Source: Natator depressus (taxonomy: Eukaryota). From it: a DNA stretch of 64,000 nucleotides. Positions 1 to 11,945 of the stretch are shown here, piece after piece (within the stretch, counting starts at the first letter, position 1; each line of letters opens with the position of its first letter). A program made the position numbers and the translations under genes. The notes under the pieces were generated by a model. It was not told the origin of the DNA. It did no database searches and worked only from the letters and a program-made list of their open reading frames with translations. The DNA lies in NCBI RefSeq assembly GCF_965152275.1, contig NC_134234.1:39458920-39522919 (forward strand), given 5' to 3'.

Positions 1-250
1 CGAGATGTGTTGTTCATGTCCATTCCACAACCCGCCCTTCTTCCCCACTGTTGGAACTGGGGGTGGGTGGGGGGAGCCAGCAGCATCCCTTATACCATGC
101 CATGTGGGTGCCACTCCAGAGGGCGCTAGAGCCGGTCCCCTACAGATACTGCTGAGGGAAAAACTTCTGGCACCGGTGCATGTGGCGAGCACACACACCT
201 GATATGGAATGGACATGAGCAACACATCTGGAAGAACACCAGTTATAGAA
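1..250. repeat. Partial hairpin repeat of the same family as 62946-63255
   Basis: cgagatgtgttgttcatgtccattcc ... ggaatggacatgagcaacacatctggaagaac are inverted arms. Confidence 0.75.
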
Positions 251-1485
251 CAGGTAACTGTCTTTTGCTGTTCCAGCCCTTGGAGTTATGGATCCTTTTA
301 AGCCGTGGGGGAAAGTAATAAAGAAAAGAACAAAACAGTTCTTTAGTTTGTTTTCCTTGTGGGGAGTTCAGTCTCTCATTTTTTTCCCTTTTTATCAGGG
401 TTGCTTAGTTTAAACTAACAATTAGTCAATCAAGATTTGCCTCTTAAGTGGTGGCCACATACTCCCAGTCTTCCCTTAAGTGGGGAGGAAATGAGAGTGC
501 CCTATTTCCTTCTCCGGGCTCCAATCCTCTCCTCTCTGTTTGAAAGTCATCTCTACTCTTCCATCTCCTTGCACTGAGCACCTCCTTGTCCCACTGAAAG
601 CCTTAGGGTTGTCCTGATTGGCTATACCTGATTAACTCCCTGGGTGGATCCTCTTATTCTAGAATTCTGAACTTATTTAGTTTTGGAACAGAAGTTGATT
701 AAGCAAATTCAGAATAATTCATCCACACAAAGAATTAATCAGGAATAGCTATTTCGCTAGAATTGTACTTCAGACCTTAATTCGAATTAACTTCTACTGT
801 AGACAAGCCCTTAGCTTTTTATAGTCTCTCTGTTCATAAGACACAGCTGGTGGTTTCACCTTTCCATTACCTAAAAGGCCACAGCTGTAGTCTCTCTCAA
901 GTCCTGGCATCAATCTCTCATGGTTCAGCTGAGGATGGAATACGCTTATCTCACCACACCATAGATGGTAACCCATGATCATACTGGAGGGAGGGATTCC
1001 ACTATGTGAGAAAATTTTAAAACAATATATACAATCTTTTGTATAACAAAGTAGCTACCTGCTGTAATAAACTTGTATTGAATTCATGGGTTTCTTTTCT
1101 GTATTTCCACTCTATAAGCTTAGAGAATGCAGGTTTTTGAACTTTTTAACCAATCACAAGTGCAAGGCAATACAGTGCACGCTTGTTCTCCTGTTTTCTT
1201 CAGGAAAAACATTGTACTTTTAAATAAATCTATTTTTAAAATTTTAGGACTTCTCATGAAGTGACGATGGTGTTGATGATTTTAAAAAAATAAGGCTGTT
1301 TCTTATTTCCGAGAAACAACTCCATTCTGATTGCAGAAAAGTAAAATAGATGGAACAGAAAACACTTGCAAACTTCCCACTGAGTTTCTTACCCACACGG
1401 GATGAGCTAGGGATACAGGACAGGGAGAGCTACTCTCGTCAAGATTTAACACAAACAAACAAAAACCCCACTTGCTCACCTCTAG

Positions 1486-1618
1486 ACCAGTGGTTTTCAA
1501 CCTTTTTCCATTTGTGGACCCCTAAAAAATTTCAAATGGAGGTGCGGACTCCTTTGGAAATACTAGACCGTCTGCAGACTCTCCGGGGTCCACAGACCAC
1601 AGGTTGAAAACCACTGCC
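1486..1618. repeat. Palindromic interspersed repeat
   Basis: gaccagtggttttcaacc ... ggttgaaaaccactg. Related copies lie at 60460-60560 and 38425-38460. Confidence 0.7.
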
Positions 1619-1778
1619 TGAGACATTTGGCTTTATAATGTTCAGATGCCACAATAATGGGTGACCTTATGAAAACCTAGAAACATATAGTGATCTTTGT
1701 AAAATGTTTAGCACCCTTTTGGCACTATATAAATAACAGTGGTGCATTGTGTTGATTATCAAACTCTTCTTTCTTCAG

Positions 1779-1974
1779 GCATGCATGCTTGTATTTCAAC
1801 CAAAGTTTGAAACAAAGTTTAAAGGAATCCAGCTGTCTGGAGAAATTATTATTTGTCTAGATTGCTCCAATTCCATGGAGGGTTCAACACTGCAACAAGC
1901 AAAGAAGATTGCTCTCCATGTTCTACAAATGTCTTGTTTTAGACAGAGAGTGAATGTTATCAGATTTGGCACAA
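1779..1974 (+). CDS. PARP4: Exon of a PARP4-like (VIT/vWA family) gene: N-terminal part of the vWA domain with the MIDAS motif
   Basis: Acceptor ttcttcag|GCATGC and donor ACAA|gtaagt. Open frame ACMLVFQPKFETKFKGIQLSGEIIICLDCSNSMEGSTLQQAKKIALHVLQMSCFRQRVNVIRFGT. DCSNSM is a DxSxS MIDAS motif. Gene identity is inferred from domain order and length, not from sequence recall. Confidence 0.7.
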
Positions 1975-2224
1975 GTAAGTTTTCTTTTGTTGGATGCTGA
2001 CTTTTATTACTTTCTTGTCATCCTTATCTTTATGCTCATCAAGCAGTAATATATTAAACTGGAAACATGACGGTCTCTATTATTTAGTAGTAGAGAATAC
2101 TTTTATTGTGGTTTTTCTAATAGTAAAAATGAAACCATTCACTGCATAATGTCACCATTCCTAAGTTAATGAAATATAACTTAATGTTGAAAGGAAGAAC
2201 TTAATTTCAGTTTTCACGCCACAG

Positions 2225-2295
2225 ATTTCACAGAATTTTCTTCATATTCAAAGGATATCAAAAGCGATCTTGCAGCAGTGAAGGAGTTTATTATC
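2225..2295 (+). CDS. PARP4: vWA-domain exon (phase 1 to 0)
   Basis: Acceptor cacgccacag|ATTTCA and donor ATTATC|gtaagt. It continues the frame of the previous exon as (N)FTEFSSYSKDIKSDLAAVKEFII. The other frames contain stops. Confidence 0.6.
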
Positions 2296-3250
2296 GTAAG
2301 TAAAATTGTTTTTCTCTGCATGCTACTGAGTGTTTCTTTGCCCGCAGGGATTCCATGTAACGTCCACCATCATGTTGTTTTGTGGCTTTATTTGAGGCCA
2401 CCTTCTAAATTTCTTCCATGGCTTAGTTTGAGTAGTATCCAAGAGCCCATTGTCCCTGGTAACAGGTGCATCATCTCTGTTGTATGTCCTGTTATAGCTC
2501 AGTGAAAATTTAAGGTAACTCATGGTAGGTGTTAGTCATAGGACAATAAAAGTTGGAGATGGGAGAGTCATATTGGATCATCCAGTTGATTTTCCTGAAA
2601 TTTAGGATTATTCTCTATTTATGATCTTGTACAGTCTGGTTTTAAATGATTCCTCAAGTGATGGAGCTTCCACTCCTTCCTTTGGAAAACTTCTCTGCAG
2701 CATAATAAATCTGACTACCAGGAAATCTTCCTGATGTTCCTCCTAAATTGTACCTTTTAAAATGTCATGTCCCCTCCCTTTGCCCTCTGGTGACTTTGTA
2801 GCAGGACAGGAACAGGTACAGACATCCATGTGAACCTCCCTGCTCTCACAGCACCATCTTTCTGGCAGTGAAGACAGCACTTGAATATGCCAGTGCACTT
2901 GGTCATCCCAATGAAAGGCAAATTCAATTGGCACTATCTTAGAAGGAAGATTAGATTGTAAATTCTGGAGTGAAGGGATTGTCTTTTTGCTCTGTGTTTG
3001 TACAACTTCTAGCACAGTGGGGTTCTGGTCCATGACTGGGACTCATAGGCACTGTCACAATACAGATAACTACTACAGGATGGCAGAAGGCAAGCTCAGA
3101 TGTAAGAAGTGAGCAATCACTTGTACTTGGAAACCAGGAGAAATTTACCATGGGAAGGAAAACTTAACTCTTCACTATAGTTTATTCTGGGGAAAGTTAG
3201 AAATAAAATCCAAACTTTCAGATAATCATTTTATTATTTTTTCTCTTTAG

Positions 3251-3438
3251 TCTGCTACACCTACAATGGGAAATACTGACTTATGGAAAACCTTACGTTA
3301 TTTAAGTTTGTTGTATCCTTCTCAAAGAGAGCGTAACATTCTTCTTCTATCCGATGGGCACATTCAGAATGAGAGCATGACCATCCAAATTGTGAAAGAG
3401 AATGTCAGACACACCAGGTTATTTACATGTGGTTTTGG
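3251..3438 (+). CDS. PARP4: vWA-domain exon with the GNT and LLLSDG MIDAS residues
   Basis: Acceptor ttctctttag|TCTGCT and donor TTTGG|gtaagt. Frame SATPTMGNTDLWKTLRYLSLLYPSQRERNILLLSDGHIQNESMTIQIVKENVRHTRLFTCGFG. Confidence 0.75.
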
Positions 3439-5526
3439 GTAAGTACAAAATGAATGAACAGTTGTACTGTGCTGTGCTTCAGACTTAAAAATCACTGATC
3501 ATTTTACTTGAAATGAAATGTCAATGTGTTGAGGATCATAAGGTTTGTGAATGTGTTGTCTTTATCATGTACATATAGATGGAATGCAAAAAAGTGAATG
3601 CCACATTCTACAATTAAAATAAAAAATTCCAGGAAATTCAAATTTGAGATTCCCTCAGTAGAATTTACTTTGCACATATGTAGTTTTGTCTATTCCTCTC
3701 ATTCTTCTGAAATGTGTAATTTTAATATATTCCTGTTTAATGTGCAAAGCATGCCTTAGAATGGGAAATAGTTAAAATTGTTGAAACTTTAACTTTTAAC
3801 ATTTCCTGACTCCATAACTTTAATAGTGCAGTAACATCGTTTTCTGCATTGATTTTTTTTTTAAATAAAGATTTAAAAAGAAATTACCACTGCTTTCTAA
3901 AATAAGCACTTAATTGGTTCTAATTAGGCTTTGTCTAGACTAGGATTTAAAGATGTGTTAAAAGATGTTAGCTAACATGTTCTGACTAACATGTTGCAAG
4001 AGTCTAGTGTAGATTTTTGAGGGCTTGTCTACATTAGAAAGTTATACCACTTTTACTCTATTGGTACAACCCCCCCTAGTGCGGCTGCAGTTATATTGGT
4101 ATTAAAGTACTTTACACTGGTATAGTATTCCCACATGGGTAAGGGAATAACGAAACCATTACAAGTTACCTTTATACCGGTATAACTGAATCCATGCTCG
4201 GGCTCTTATGGTATAAGTATTTCAGTAAAAAAATTACACCCATCATACTTATACTGGTGTAGCTTTTAAGCATAGACCAGACCTCAAAGTATACTGTTAA
4301 CATATTAAACTGGTTGAGTTAAAGTAATAATGGTGAATGAGACATAACAGAGATAAGTTCACACCTTTCCTGATGCTGTTGATTGGATAGAGACAGTTTT
4401 ATGCAAAGCTGAATTAACAGAGAAGCAGTGCATCTTTTTATATTGTGATGGTTGTATATCGGCAACTGAAGAAAATAGATTTTTTTTTTTAAATGAAAGG
4501 TTAGAATTTTTAGAATATTGCAAAATGCAATAACGGTTGTAAAGAGACTTTAAAATTGTGCATGCCACGCTTTCTCTCAGGCCTGTGAATTTTGTCCTAT
4601 TTTTGAGGTAAATGCAGTTTTATTCCTTCATTTTTATTGTTTTTTTTTTTTTCAATTAATTTTCACCCTGTCAATGGTGTAACATTTTTTTAGCAGTAAG
4701 TCCTTTATCTTGAGAAAATGGGTTTATCAGATCCTATTTTCTTTTTTTGCTACTGCCACCTCACTTAAAGTTACAGATTATTTGAGACTTGTCATCCATT
4801 TTGTTAGGCAGTCTCTTTATTTTATACATTCATTGCCCTTCCCCTTCGCATTACTTAATTACAGTAGCTTCCGTCCTTTGTAAATAGATCACACAAAATT
4901 CTGCATTAGTTAAAAACTCTTGTCTATTAAGCAATTTTGGCCCCACAATCTTGATTTAAGATCACCCATTTCCAGAAAAAATTGCTTGACAGTTCAAAAT
5001 GAAATGCCGATGGAAGTAGGGCGTCTATTTAATGTAGGCCCCTTTGAAAACCCCTGCCTCAAAGATCTTACATCTGTTATGGAGAAACTCAAGAATGCAT
5101 TTTCCTTAAAACCCTGTGAACATGTACTTCATCCCTCATTTCACTACTTCCTGTGGGAAACCAATGAGTTGGCTTTTCTCTGTGTGTGATTTGCACTAAT
5201 TGAATGCTGAATTTTCAGAGCTAAGACATGGGTTTTAAACCTATATGCTCTGGGGATGAACATGGGAAATGCTGCTGCTCTTGTTGGTTTTCACTCTTGA
5301 TAGTGTTAGAATAGTGATAAATATAGGCAGCCCTCTGTCAGGATGGAGCATGCGTTGGATCTTGCCAGTTCTGAGCTTTGTTTAATGTAAATGTGAATGA
5401 AAGAGGGGGATTTAAAGAAATTGGAGAACTTGCTAGACTATTAAAAAATTAAAATGTTTGGAATCAATTTCAGATTATCAGTTTTTACTTAAAAAACAAA
5501 AAACAAATCTTTTAAAATGTGGTTAG

Positions 5527-5626
5527 TTCCACAGCAAATCATCACATGCTGAGATCTTTGTCTCAATATGGCGCTGGAGCATATGAATATTTTGACCCAA
5601 AATCGAAGTATAACTGGCTAAAAAAG
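5527..5626 (+). CDS. PARP4: vWA-domain exon (C-terminal part)
   Basis: Acceptor ggttag|TTCC and donor AAAAAG|gtaagt. With the GG carried from the previous exon it reads G-STANHHMLRSLSQYGAGAYEYFDPKSKYNWLKK. The nearby acag acceptor at 5534 would give an immediate stop. Confidence 0.6.
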
Positions 5627-7139
5627 GTAAGTTTTATCAATCCTGAATATATTTTTTCTGAATTTTACATTATTGGCAGCTGATTTGGGTGGAACTCTTT
5701 GGGAGCCTCAAAGTTTCAAATTGGGAGGAGCATGTTCTCGGGATTGCGGGGTCTTTTTGTTTCAAACAGGAATCTCTTGGTGTTTTAACAGACAGAGGAC
5801 TGCTTTATATTGGGGAATGGGGCCTTTGTGTCTCAAAGAGCAGTTCCCCCTTAAGTGAGATGTTGGACTCCACCTGAAAAGCAACTCCCTCTAACTTTCA
5901 GATACCACACCAGTTTCAGACCAGGGACCTCACGAAAAGGAGAAGCTTCTGAAATATCTTTCCACCGCCCTTCCTCTTTGACGCCTCTGATTTTTAAAAT
6001 ATAAGTTCACCTGGGTGAAAAGTGGTACTTCTCTCTTGCGGGATATGTACACTCCATCCCATATGCCGGGTCACATATGGTGAGAAGAAAGGAAAAAACT
6101 TTATAGGAGCCAGTTGGGTCCTGTGTTCATGACCCTGACTATAAAACGTGGCAGTACAGCCTAGTGGCTGGAGTCAATAAAGTGGCCCTTCTACTCAGGG
6201 CAGCGCGGCCTAATGGCCAGAGTCAATAAAGGCGCCCACTTCTGGGGTACTGTATGGCCTACTGGCTCGCTGGGGATGCGGGGCTCCACCTAGGGTGTGT
6301 GGTGCCCAGGATAAGGGGACTCAGGTCTTCCTTGCTCCTTTGAGTCCTAGCCCAGGGCCCTGGCAGTGATGGAGGTGCTCACCCCCAAGTCAGCAGGGGT
6401 CCTCCCAAAACATCTTGATTGGTTCCCTGTTTCGCTCACTGGAGAAAAGTCTAAGTCCCCTGGGCTGCTTTCTACTCTTTCTCCCTCAGCGATGCTCCAT
6501 GGTTCCCAAGGGTCTCTAGGGTCCTAAAGTCTCTTCTCAGGGCTCATCAGGCAGCGTGGAGTCTGTCTGGAGCTCTGTGTGCCATGGCTCTGTAGTGGGG
6601 GCATGTAGCAATTCCCTGGAGAAAGCCTGTAGTCTGCGTCCTCCCCCTTCAGCTGCCTGTCCAGACTGAGTTGGGCAGGCTGCTTCCTTTTATACTCTGC
6701 CTCCAGGCAGAACATTCCCAGCAGGGTTGGAGGGGCGGGGCTTCCTCAGCCTGCAAAGCACAGTTAACCCTTTTGGGGCTGGCATACGGTAGGTACACCC
6801 CATCACATTCTCATTTTAGGAACTTGGTGGGACTATCTCAGTAGTTTATGATGCTGAGGTGATGTTGGCTGCTACTCTTTGAGTGACCTCTGCTGGAAAG
6901 TTGCAGCAGTGTTCTCTTTCAACCAGAAACTTGTCAGTTTTCACCATTGTCTCTCCTTGTTTGAACATAATTTACATTATAAGGGAAGAGGAGATGGTAT
7001 TTGGTGTGAATAAGAACCAAATTTCAGTTTTGTTCCTTGTTTACAACACTGAGAGAATAAAATAAAATGAAAAGATTCCATGAATTATTTATTTATTTTA
7101 GTGTCAGATTCTGTTGTACTCCTCTTGATTAGGGCTTGG

Positions 7140-9096
7140 TCTATACTTAAAACTTAGGTCAATGAAGCTACAGCATGCAGGGGTATGAAGGCCAAAAAAG
7201 AATTTGAAGAACAGCTAGCCAAAGACTCAAAAAGTAATAGCAAAATTTTGTTTAAGTACATCAGAAGCAGGAAACCTGCTAAACAACCAGTGGGGCCACT
7301 GGACAATCAAGATGCTAAAGGAGCACTGAAGGATAAGACCATTGTGGAGAAACTAAATGAATTCTTTGCATCAGTCTTCACGGCTGTGGATGTGAGGGAG
7401 ATTCCCAAACCTGAACCATTCTTTTTAGGTGACAAATCTGAGGAATTGTCCCAGATTGAGGTGTCATTAGAGGAGGTTTTGGAACAGATTGATAAACTAA
7501 ACAGTAATAAGTCACTAGGACCAGATGGTATTCACCCAAGAGTTCTGAAGGAACTCAAATGTGAAATTGCAGAACTACTAACTGTAGTCTATAACCTATC
7601 ATTTAAATCAGCCTCCGTACCAAATGACTGGAGGGTAGCTAATGTGATGCCAATTTTTAAAAAGGTTTCCAGAGGTGATCCCAGCAGTTACAGACTGGTA
7701 AGCCTGACTTCAGTACTGGACAAACTGGTTGAAACTGTAGTAAAGAACAAAATTGTCAGGCACATAGATGAAGATAATTTGTTGGGGAAGAGTCAACATA
7801 GTTTTTGTAAAGGAAAATCATGCCTCACCTATCTACTAGAATTCTTTGAGGGGATCAACAAGCATGTGGACAAGGGGGATCCAGTGGATATAGTATACTT
7901 ACATTTTCAGAAAGCCTTTGACAAGGTCCCTCACCAAAGTCTCTTAAGCAAAGTAAGCTGTCATTGGGTAAGAGGGAAGGTTCTCTCATGGATTGGTAAT
8001 TGGTTAAAAGATAGGAAAGAAAGGGTAAGAATAAATGGTCAGGTCTCAGAATGGAGAGAGGTAATAGTAGTGGGCCCCATCGATTTCAACATATTCATAA
8101 ATGATCTGGAAAAAGGGGTAAATAGTGAGGTGGCAAAATTTGCAGATGATACAAAACTACTCAAGATAGTTAAGTCCCGGGCAGACTGCAAACAGCTACA
8201 AAAAGATCTGTCAAAACTGGGTGACTGGGCAACAAAATGGCAGATGAAATTCATTGTTGGTAAAAGCAAAGTAATACAGATTGGAAAACATAATCCCAAC
8301 TATACATATAAAATGATGGAGTCTAAATTAGCTGTTTCCACTCAAGAAAGAGATCTTGGAGTCATTGTGGATAGTTCTCTGAAAACATCCACTCAATGTG
8401 CAGAATGTTGGGAATCATTAAGAAAGGGATAGACAATAAGAAAATATTGCCTCTATAGAAATCCAGGGTATGCCCACATCTTGAATAGTGTGTGCAGATG
8501 TGGTGGCCCCATCTCAAAAAAGATATATTGGAATTGGAAAAGATTCAGAAAAGGACAACAAAAATGATTAAGGGTATGGAATGGCTTCCGTATGAGAAGA
8601 GATTAATAAGACTGGGACTTTTCAGCTTGGAAAAGAGATGACTAAGGGGGGGAATATGATAGAGGTCTATAAAATCATGACTGGTGTGGAGAAAGTAAAT
8701 GAGGAAGTGTTATTTACTCTTTCTCATAACACAAGAACTAAGGGTCACCAAATGAAATGAATAGGCAGCAGGTTTAAAACAAACAAAAGGAAGTATTTTT
8801 TCACACAACGCATAGTCAGTCTGTGGAACTCTTTGCCAGAGGATGTTGTGAAGGCCAAGACTATAACAGGGTTCAAAAAAGAACTAGGTAAGTTCATGGA
8901 GGATAGGTCCATCAATGGCTATTAGCCAGGATGGGCAGGGATGGTGTCCCTATCCTTTGTTTCCCAGAAGCTGGGAATGGGCAACAAGGGATGGATCACT
9001 TGATGATTACCTGTTCTGTTCATTCCCTTGGGGGCACCTAGCATTGGCCACTGTCAGAAGAGAGGATACTGGGCTAGATGGACTGTTGGCCTGACC
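7140..9096 (+). mobile_element. CR1-family LINE, 5'-truncated copy (RT domain and 3' UTR)
   Basis: ORF 7185-8432 shows CR1 ORF2 reverse-transcriptase motifs (FADDTKL, NPNYTYKM). The CR1 3' region follows in shifted frames and ends ...ggatactgggctagatggactgttggcctgacc. Confidence 0.8.
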
Positions 9097-11560
9097 CATA
9101 GAATCATAGAATATCATGGTTGGAAGGGACCTCAGGAGGTCATCTAGCCCAACCCCCTGCTCAAAGCAGGACCAATCCCTGATTAAATCATCCCAGCCAG
9201 GGCTTTGTCAAGCCTGACCTTAAAAACTTCTCGGGAAGGAGATTCCACCACCTCCCTAGGTAACGCATTCCAGTGTTTCACCACCCGCATAACGAAAAAG
9301 TTTTTCCTAATATCCAACCTAAATCTCCCCCACTGCAACTTGAGACCATTACTCCTTGTTCTGTCATCTGCTACCACTGAGAACAGTCTAGATCCATCCT
9401 CTTTGGAACCCCCTTTCAGGTAGTTGAAAGCAGCTATCAAATCCCCCCTCATTCTTCTCTTCCGTAGACTAAACATCCCCAGTTCCCTCAGCCTCTCCTC
9501 ATAAGTCATGTGTTCCAGTCCCCTAATCATTTTTGTTGCCCTCCGCTGGACTCTTTCCAATTTTTCCAAATCCTTCTTGTAGTGTAGGGCCCAAAACTGG
9601 ACACAGTACTCCAGATGAGGCCTCACCAATGTCGAATAGAGGGGAACGATCACGTCCCTCAATCTGCTGGCAATGCCCCTACTTATACATCCCAAAATGC
9701 CATTGGCCTTCTTGGCAACAAGGGCACACTGTTGACTCATATCCAACTTCTTGTCCACTGTAACCCCTAGGTCTTTTTCTGCAGAACTGCTGCCGAGCCA
9801 TTTGGTCCCTAGTCTGTAGCGGTGCATGGGATTCTTCCGTCCTAACTGCAGGACTCTGCACTCATCCTTGTTGAACCTCATCAGATTTTTTTTGGCCCAA
9901 TCCTTCAATTTGTCTAGGTCCCTCTGTATCCTATCCCTACCCTCCAGCATATCTACCACTCCTCCCAGTTTAGTGTCATCTGCAAACTTGCTGAGGGTGC
10001 AATCCACACCATCCTCCAGATCATTTATGAAGATATTGAACAAAACCGGCCCCAGGACCGACCTCTGGGGCACTCCACTTGATACCGGCTGCCAACTAGA
10101 CATGGAGCCATTGATCACTACCTGTTGAGCCCCACAATCTAGCCAGCTTTCTATCCACCTTATAGTCCATTCATCCAGCTCATACTTCTTTAACTTGCTG
10201 GCAAGAATACTGTGGGAGACCGTGTCAAAAGCTTTGCTAAAGTCAAGGAACAACACGTCCAGTGCTTTCCCTTCATCCACAGAGCCAGTTATCTCGTCAT
10301 AGAAGGCAATTAGATTAGTCAGGCATGACTTGCCCTTGCTGAATCCATGCTGACTGTTCCTGATCACTTTCCTCTCCTCTAAGTGCTTCCGAATTGATTC
10401 CTTGAGGACCTGCTCCATGATTTTTCCAGGGACTGAGGTGAGGCTGACTGGCCTGTAGTTCCCAGGATCCTCCTTCTTCCCTTTTTTAAAGATGGGCACT
10501 ACATTAGCCTTTTTCCAGTCGTCCAGGACCTCCCCCGATCGCCATGAGTTTTCAAAGATAATGGCCAATGGCTCTGCAATCACATCCGCCAACTCCTTTA
10601 GCACTCTCGGATGCAACGCATCCAGCTTCATGGACTTGTGCTCGTCCAGCTTTTCTAAATAATCCTGAACCACTTCTTTCTCCACAGAGGGCTGGTCACC
10701 TTCTCCCCATGCTGTGCTGCCCAGTGCAGTAGTCTGGGAACTGACCTTGTTCGTGAAGACAGAGGCAAAAAAAGCATTGAGTACATTAGCTTTTTCCACA
10801 TCCTCTGTCACTAGGTTGCCTCCCTCATTCAGTAAGGGGCCCACACTTTCCTTGACTTTCTTCTTGTTGCCAACATACCTGAAGAAACCCTTCTTGTTAC
10901 TCTTAACATCTCTTGCTAGCTGCAACTCCAGATGTGATTTGGCCTTCCTGATTTCACTCCTGCAAGCCCGAGCAATATTTTATACTCATCCCTGGTCATT
11001 TGTCCAATCTTCCACTTCTTTTAAGCTTCTTTTTTGTATTTAAAAGCAGCAAGGATTTCACTGTTAAGCCAAGCTGGTCGCCTGCCATATTTACTATTCT
11101 TTCTACACATCAGGATGGTTTGTACCTGTAACCTCAATAAGGATTCTTTAAAATACAGCCAGCTCTCCTGGACTCCTTTCCCCCTCATGTTATTCTCCCA
11201 GGGGATCTTGCCCATCAGTTCCCTGAGGGAGTCAAAGTCTGCTTTTCTGAAGTCCAGGGTCTGTATTCTGCTGCTCTCCTTTCTTCCTTGTGTTAGGATC
11301 CTGAACTCGACCATTTCATGGTCACTGCCTCCCAGGTTCCCATCCACTTTTGCTTCCCCTACTAAGTCTTCCCGGTTTGTGAGCAGCAGGTCAAGAAGAG
11401 CTCTGCCCCTAGTTGGTTCCTCCAGCACTTGCACCAGGAAATTGTCCCCTACATTTTCCAAAAACTTCCTGGATTGCCTGTGCACCGCTGTATTGCTCAG
11501 TATGGATGCTCTTATGATCTTATGAAGAATCCACGCCCCTGAGCACTGCAGTTATGCCAA
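9097..11560 (-). mobile_element. CR1-family LINE, minus strand, tail-to-tail with the previous copy
   Basis: The 580-aa ORF 9183-10925 (-) is a complete CR1 RT domain (FADDTKL...YLEYCVQFW...). ORF 11021-11485 (-) is the upstream ORF2 linker. The 3' UTR at 9097-9182 carries the ...gggctagatgacctcctgaggtcccttccaacc... tail motif. Confidence 0.8.
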
Positions 11561-11718
11561 CCTAATCCCCTGGTGTAGACACAGCTAGGTCAACAGAAGA
11601 ATACTTCCGTCAACCTAGTTACTATCGCTCAGGGAAGTGCAGCGACAAGAAAACTTCTTCTTGTGATATTTTTCCTATTAGAGTAATGTATTTAACTCAT
11701 TTGCATCTTTTTTCACAG

Positions 11719-11889
11719 ATAGAAAGCCAGAGATCCAGAATATTTTCTCCAGGATGCAGTTCTGTCTCTATTAAATGGCAACAGTTTGATGCAAATGCAC
11801 CAGAGCCATTGCAGGCTCCTGCTCAAATACAGTCTTTATTTAACAACGAAAGACTTCTTGTCTATGGATTTATCCCACATTGTACTCAG
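11719..11889 (+). CDS. PARP4: Coding exon after the vWA domain
   Basis: Acceptor tttttcacag|ATAGAA and donor ACTCAG|gtaagg. Frame IESQRSRIFSPGCSSVSIKWQQFDANAPEPLQAPAQIQSLFNNERLLVYGFIPHCTQ. Phase 0 to 0. Confidence 0.7.
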
Positions 11890-11945
11890 GTAAGGAATGA
11901 TACAAAGAAGCATCTTCTTTTTTGGGTGAGTAAAAATTAATATAT

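Noticed and set aside
1350-1607. 85-aa plus-strand ORF and 65-aa minus-strand ORF
   Set aside because: They overlap the palindromic interspersed repeat at 1486-1618. Both strands are open because of the hairpin symmetry.
9205-10128. Several 60-100-aa plus-strand ORFs
   Set aside because: They are antisense to the long CR1 reverse-transcriptase ORF (9183-10925, minus strand) and are antisense-frame artefacts.
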